Below, piece by piece: positions 35,963 through 39,763 of a stretch of 39,763 nucleotides of DNA. Within the stretch, counting starts at the first letter, position 1, and every line of letters starts with the position of its first letter. The stretch is taken from positions 1-39,763 of IMG/VR virus record IMGVR_UViG_3300037124_000040; one strand, given 5' to 3'. A program made the translations under genes and the position numbers. This DNA is from a virus. Taxonomy: Duplodnaviria; Caudoviricetes. The notes under the pieces were generated by a model, which did no database searches, was not told where the DNA came from, and worked only from the letters and a program-made list of their open reading frames with translations.

Positions 35963-36301
35963 ATGGATACAAAACAATTCATAGAACTCTTAATTCTCGG
36001 CGAAAATATTTGTGCCAGCTGGCTAGCCAGCGGTCTAGACCCAGAATTACTGGAGTTCGCGATAGACTGGGATTTTAATAGCTCGAGTGACTATTTCAAA
36101 ATTAAAAAAACTGCCCTGGATCTCGGTCTAGACCCAGGGGGCGACGATGTCTTGAAGCTCGTCAAAGCAGGATGCCAGGGGACTTTGGAGAGAGAAAGAA
36201 ACGGGACAAGAGATGAGCTCGTGGGGGTAGATCTTTATGATAGACCCGCCACGCAAGAATGGCCATGTCCAAAATGGGTAGACCGAGGAGAGAAAAGATG
36301 A
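35963..36301 (+). CDS. Hypothetical early protein
   Basis: SD AGGGAG; ATGA overlap with next gene. Confidence 0.7.
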   Translation: MDTKQFIELLILGENICASWLASGLDPELLEFAIDWDFNSSSDYFKIKKTALDLGLDPGGDDVLKLVKAGCQGTLERERNGTRDELVGVDLYDRPATQEWPCPKWVDRGEKR

Positions 36302-36540
36302 AGTACTACCTAACGGATTATGCCCTCTCACAGGGAATCGTCGTGATAGAAAGCGACGAGCCAAAAGAAGAAATTTCAACTGTATTTGGAATGACCATCC
36401 CACTGGAGCACATCCACACCTCTAGGGAAGAGGCCGAGAAAAAGGCCCGGGAGATGGCGAAGTCCCTCCTGGACATGCACTATAGGAGGATAGAAGTGCT
36501 CAAAAAATTCAAGCCCTTCTATTATGGAGAGCGAAAATGA
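36298..36540 (+). CDS. Hypothetical protein, paralog of 35121..35420
   Basis: YYLTDYALSQGIV...TSREEAEKKAREMAK; SD GAGGAG. Confidence 0.75.
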   Translation: MKYYLTDYALSQGIVVIESDEPKEEISTVFGMTIPLEHIHTSREEAEKKAREMAKSLLDMHYRRIEVLKKFKPFYYGERK

Positions 36541-36989
36541 CCGGAGAGAAAATTGACGAAATTCTCAGGCTCCATAGCCTATGGGTGGATAGACTGCCCG
36601 GAGGTCGACGGGCTGATCTAAGCGGAGCATATCTGCGTGAGGCAGATCTCCGCGGAGCAAATCTTCGTGGAGCAGACCTCAGCGTTGCAAATCTCCGGAA
36701 AGCCGATCTCCGTGATGCAGATCTTCGCGAAGCAAACCTCAGCGGAGCAAACCTCTGCGAATCAAACCTCTGCAAAGCGAAGCTTCCACAAAACATGATA
36801 TATTACACCGACTTGCCGATGCACGACATTATCATTGTTGATGATACCGCCCATATTGGGTGTGAGCGATACTCAATAAAAATATGGCTGTGGTCACCAA
36901 TCGGAGGAAATATTTTCAGCAAATACCGGTATACGATCAAACAGATCAATGAGTATCGAAGGATTCTTGGAGAAGGAGAGCGAACATGA
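36537..36989 (+). CDS. Pentapeptide repeat protein PRP11 (~11 repeats) with diverged C-terminal domain
   Basis: KIDEILRLH N-cap; DLPMHDIIIVDDTAHIGC. Confidence 0.92.
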   Translation: MTGEKIDEILRLHSLWVDRLPGGRRADLSGAYLREADLRGANLRGADLSVANLRKADLRDADLREANLSGANLCESNLCKAKLPQNMIYYTDLPMHDIIIVDDTAHIGCERYSIKIWLWSPIGGNIFSKYRYTIKQINEYRRILGEGERT

Positions 36990-37519
36990 CCGAAGAAGAA
37001 TTTGATGAAATCTTGAGACTTCACCAGCTATGGTGTGACGATAAGCCCGGAGGTCGACGGGCTGATCTCAGCAACGCAGACCTTAGTGATTCATGTCTCA
37101 TCGGCGTAAACCTCAGCGGGGCAAACCTTACAGGGGTAAATCTTCAGCGGGCATACCTTGACAACGCAGACCTCAGCGGGGCAAATCTCATCGAGGCAGA
37201 CCTCGGTGAGGCAACTCTTCTAGACGCAAACCTCGACGGTGCAGACCTCAGCTGCGCAACCCTCGAAGAGGCAGATCTTGAAGGAGCATCCCTCAGGAGG
37301 GTAGACCTATTTGGAGCAGACCTCAGCAAGGCCAAGCTTTATGATGCAGATCTCAGCTGGGCAAACCTCAGTGGAGCAGACCTACGTGGAGCAGACCTCG
37401 ACGAGGCAAACCTCCTCGGGACATACATTGCCGGGATAAAGGTCAATAAAGACACTGATATGGATGCCAGGAATCTCGACCCACGATGGAAGCTCGTGGC
37501 AATAGTCTTGGAAGACTAG
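36986..37519 (+). CDS. Pentapeptide repeat protein PRP12, acidic, lacks the C-terminal domain
   Basis: EFDEILRLHQLW N-cap; ADL repeats. Confidence 0.92.
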   Translation: MTEEEFDEILRLHQLWCDDKPGGRRADLSNADLSDSCLIGVNLSGANLTGVNLQRAYLDNADLSGANLIEADLGEATLLDANLDGADLSCATLEEADLEGASLRRVDLFGADLSKAKLYDADLSWANLSGADLRGADLDEANLLGTYIAGIKVNKDTDMDARNLDPRWKLVAIVLED

Positions 37520-37774
37520 ATCATCCTGTAATACCGGGGAAGACTGACGACCTTCGATCAAGTTCTCCTCCGAAGAAGAAAGAAAAAAGGTGAGACATGT
37601 CAGAATCAAAAGATGCAGATGGCCGCAAAGCCCGGAACAAGGGCATTTTTTATTTTGTCCTTTACTGGACTCTTTTATGGGCCCTTTTTTGGGCCCTATG
37701 CTGGGATGATACGCTAGCGCAATGGCTTGGCAGACTAGATCATCTTGTAATACCGGGGAAGGCTGATGACCTTC
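37513..37774. repeat. 43-nt direct repeat (37513-37555 / 37732-37774), the duplicated 3' end of the methylase gene
   Basis: AGACTAGATCATCYTGTAATACCGGGGAAGRCTGAYGACCTTC, 3 mismatches. Confidence 0.9.
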
Positions 37775-38284
37775 CCGACCTTCAAAAAAGCATCTGTAAA
37801 TCTTGCCAACGATCTCCCCCGCGGCGGAAAATAAACTACCGCAGATGGGAATGGCGCCGAATGGGCAGCTCCAAGGAAACGGAGTCGGCCCTTCCAAAAG
37901 CAAATAGCCCCAGCTGTCTCAAATAGGCGATGAAACCAACGGGAATCCGTCCTTGCGGCTATCAGGAGGATAATCTCAGAGCCCGCGAGGTTGGCCTCAA
38001 TGACTTTCTCCACCCATGCTGGAACTTTTCTGCCGTACGGGGGATTCACATAGATCAGGCCCTTTGTAGGCCAAGGGCGATCTAGGGCGCCATCAGCCCA
38101 CTCATCCTGAGCATGCACGATGGATGTGGCATTGCTGCAAGGATCGAGCACAATGGGTCCAACCTCGCGTACGAGCTCGACAAGCTCAAGTGGTGTGTTC
38201 CAGTCATTTTTACCCGTCGTGCGATGTACTTTGTTCATTCGCACAGTGTGGCAGAGATGATACACAAGCGCAATGGCTTGGCAG
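37705..38284. repeat. 29-nt direct repeat flanking the methylase (37705-37733 / 38256-38284); promoter-like on minus strand
   Basis: GATGATACnnnAGCGCAATGGCTTGGCAG; minus reading CTGCCA-N16-TATCAT. Confidence 0.85.
37735..38238 (-). CDS. dam: Phage DNA N6-adenine methyltransferase (phage Dam family)
   Basis: DWNTP...LDPCS...YVNPPYGR...LLIAARTDSRWF...GRLRF...APFPSAVVYF. Confidence 0.92.
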   Translation of the reverse strand: MNKVHRTTGKNDWNTPLELVELVREVGPIVLDPCSNATSIVHAQDEWADGALDRPWPTKGLIYVNPPYGRKVPAWVEKVIEANLAGSEIILLIAARTDSRWFHRLFETAGAICFWKGRLRFLGAAHSAPFPSAVVYFPPRGRSLARFTDAFLKVGKVISLPRYYKMI

Positions 38285-39328
38285 CTGGCAGGAGGTCAGG
38301 AACTGTCCAAGCTACGTCTCTAACACAAGTTCCCGTCCACGGCTTTTTCCTTGATGGAAAAAGAAGAGCGCCTTGGAGTGCACTCTCTCGGAGAGACCAT
38401 ACTCCATCTCCTCTTGTCTTAGCTATTGACGGCCACGCACAATCTCTCATCCGGACTACCCCCTCGCGTGGAGAAAAAAAAGAAAAAAGAAAAAATCAAC
38501 CCTGTACTGAAACTGTCTTGGAAATGTCATCCAGGCAGCGATCGTGATTTCATCCCCCTGAGAAAATATGAGGAAACGAAGTTTCCGTCACCCCCAGCTT
38601 GCTGGGAGCCTAGCGGCTTGAGCGAAAAAGTAATGAGATGCAAGGTACTTACGGAATTCGTTCCCTAGACAGAGCGCAGGTGGCCCAAGGGAAAAAGTTA
38701 CAAGCAGGCGACACGAATTTCACGTGCAGAGAGGATTGAATCCTCCCAGAGGCTATGTGCCTCTCGAGCCCTCGCAGTGTATCTCTGCTCGGCCGAGTCC
38801 AACCACAGAACCTAACCTCGCGACAAGGCATAGCAGAGCCGCAATGGTCCGCCGCCTTCTCAAGGCGTCGCTTAGCTTTGTCCCGGTAGGGACTGAACTC
38901 ATTGGCGCTCGGGAGTGCAGCCATGCTATGCCAGCCGACTTCGGTTTACCTTCCCGCTCAATCCGTGAGTTGTGGCTCACGATCATCCCCGTAGAAAAAG
39001 ACCGAGGCGGAATTATATTTTCTTTTGGAGATGGCGTAGAGGCGGAACAGATAGTGCCGTCGTGAAAACCCTTAAGGGTTCCTTTACTGGAGGCTGACTC
39101 CCTCGGGGGGTCCTGCTTGTTGGACCCATGATGATGTAAGACCATCATAACTTTCATGTGGCCTTTTTGTGAGCTTTTGTCAAGGGGAGACTGGTCAATG
39201 AGGGGGGGATGATTAATGGGCACAAAAAGAAGCGCCCCTCTGGACCATTGCAGTACAGAGGGGCGAAAACCTTCTACAAGCAGAGATAAACTACCCTTCT
39301 ATGTAGTTGACTTAGGTCATCTTGTCAA

Positions 39329-39369
39329 GAAAAAAAAAGCGCCCATCTGTACTGCTATACAGATGGGCG
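39329..39369 (-). terminator. Intrinsic terminator (array unit 2)
   Basis: 12-bp perfect stem CGCCCATCTGTA/TACAGATGGGCG followed by T9 on minus strand. Confidence 0.8.
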
Positions 39370-39444
39370 AAGTCTATGGAGGAAAATCCAATGAATAAAA
39401 AAAAGCGTAATATAGGTTTAGTTAATCTGGGTCATGTCGTCAAG

Positions 39445-39492
39445 AAAAAAAATGCCCCCCTGCATTCTTACCCGTTATCTATGCAGAGGGGC
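39445..39492 (-). terminator. Intrinsic terminator (array unit 3)
   Basis: 12-bp stem with one G-U wobble on minus (C-A mismatch on plus), then T8. Confidence 0.75.
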
Positions 39493-39565
39493 GAAGCCCA
39501 TGGAATGGAACCCATGACCAAAAGCAAAATGCAATATAGGTTTAGTTAATTTAGACTCTCTTGTC

Positions 39566-39604
39566 AAAAAAAAGTGCCCCTCCCTGCGCAGTTCAGGGAG
39601 GGGC
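39566..39604 (-). terminator. Intrinsic terminator (array unit 4)
   Basis: 11-bp stem GCCCCTCCCTG/CAGGGAGGGGC then T8 running into TTGACA. Confidence 0.78.
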
Positions 39605-39763
39605 TAGGGAGAGCATAAAGATGAAGTACCTTTCTTGTGACAGACAGACAGAAATAAGTCAAGGGGAGCTGCATATTGGGTCATTTTGACACGTTTTTCG
39701 GCAAAACTAGGTCCTTTGGGACCCATTTTACTCCAGGAATCACGTTTTTGAACAAATCTTGAC

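Larger units (their letters stand above)
39221..39662 (-). ncRNA. Putative tandem array of four short promoter-sRNA-terminator units
   Basis: Hairpins 39233-39265, 39340-39369, 39454-39492, 39576-39604, each followed on minus by a U-rich tract; TTGAC(A/G/T) at 39328, 39443, 39567, 39662; period ~107-124 nt. Confidence 0.55.
1..39763. mobile_element. Tailed bacteriophage genome (podovirus-like), complete or near-complete
   Basis: Terminase, portal, scaffold, capsid, nozzle and ejection-type genes in canonical order; DnaB/RecT/RuvC/exonuclease module; endolysin; no tape-measure or sheath gene; no host housekeeping genes. Confidence 0.93.

Noticed and set aside
37597-37926. 109-aa plus-strand ORF with a hydrophobic segment
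   Set aside because: Overlaps the methylase antisense by ~190 nt and is built partly from the repeats; cannot be excluded but unsupported
38426-39223. ORFs of 80-156 aa on both strands
   Set aside because: No SD, atypical composition, mutually overlapping
39322-39549. 75-aa plus-strand ORF (MNKKKRNIG... from the ATG at 39391)
   Set aside because: Has an SD but runs through hairpins and A-tracts of the repeat; not supported as a protein, kept only as an alternative reading
39221-39662. CRISPR mini-array or tRNA cluster
   Set aside because: Repeats too degenerate and long, carry poly-A/T tracts and -35 boxes; no cloverleaf or T-loop motif
1-39763. Terminal repeats, att sites, integrase
   Set aside because: No matching sequence at the two ends and no recombinase motif found by eye

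Overview
The window is most or all of a ~40 kb tailed (podovirus-like) phage genome. A minus-strand block carries packaging and virion genes: TerS candidate, GNAT, TerL, portal, GroES, scaffold, major capsid, adaptor/nozzle, three probable ejection proteins, a LamG fibre/spike and a holin candidate. Upstream on the same strand are DNA-metabolism genes (RuvC-like, two RHH proteins, DnaB helicase, RecT-like, dATP/dGTP diphosphohydrolase, 5'-3' exonuclease). There is also a phage Dam-type methylase and clusters of small early genes. I see no integrase, DNA polymerase, primase, tRNA or CRISPR array. Two features stand out. (1) Twelve paralogous pentapeptide-repeat protein (PRP) genes, about 17% of the window. 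Eight form a head-to-tail array (2859-7769) chained by a conserved dual-coding 23-nt overlap, with variable repeat numbers and patchwork identical segments. An HNH-like gene sits inside the array, and an endolysin and a RyR-domain gene follow it. (2) A non-coding tandem array at 39221-39662 of four hairpin+U-tract units, each preceded on the minus strand by a TTGAC-type box, whose variable parts look antisense to ribosome-binding/start regions. All product calls come from motif recognition by eye; no database search was run.
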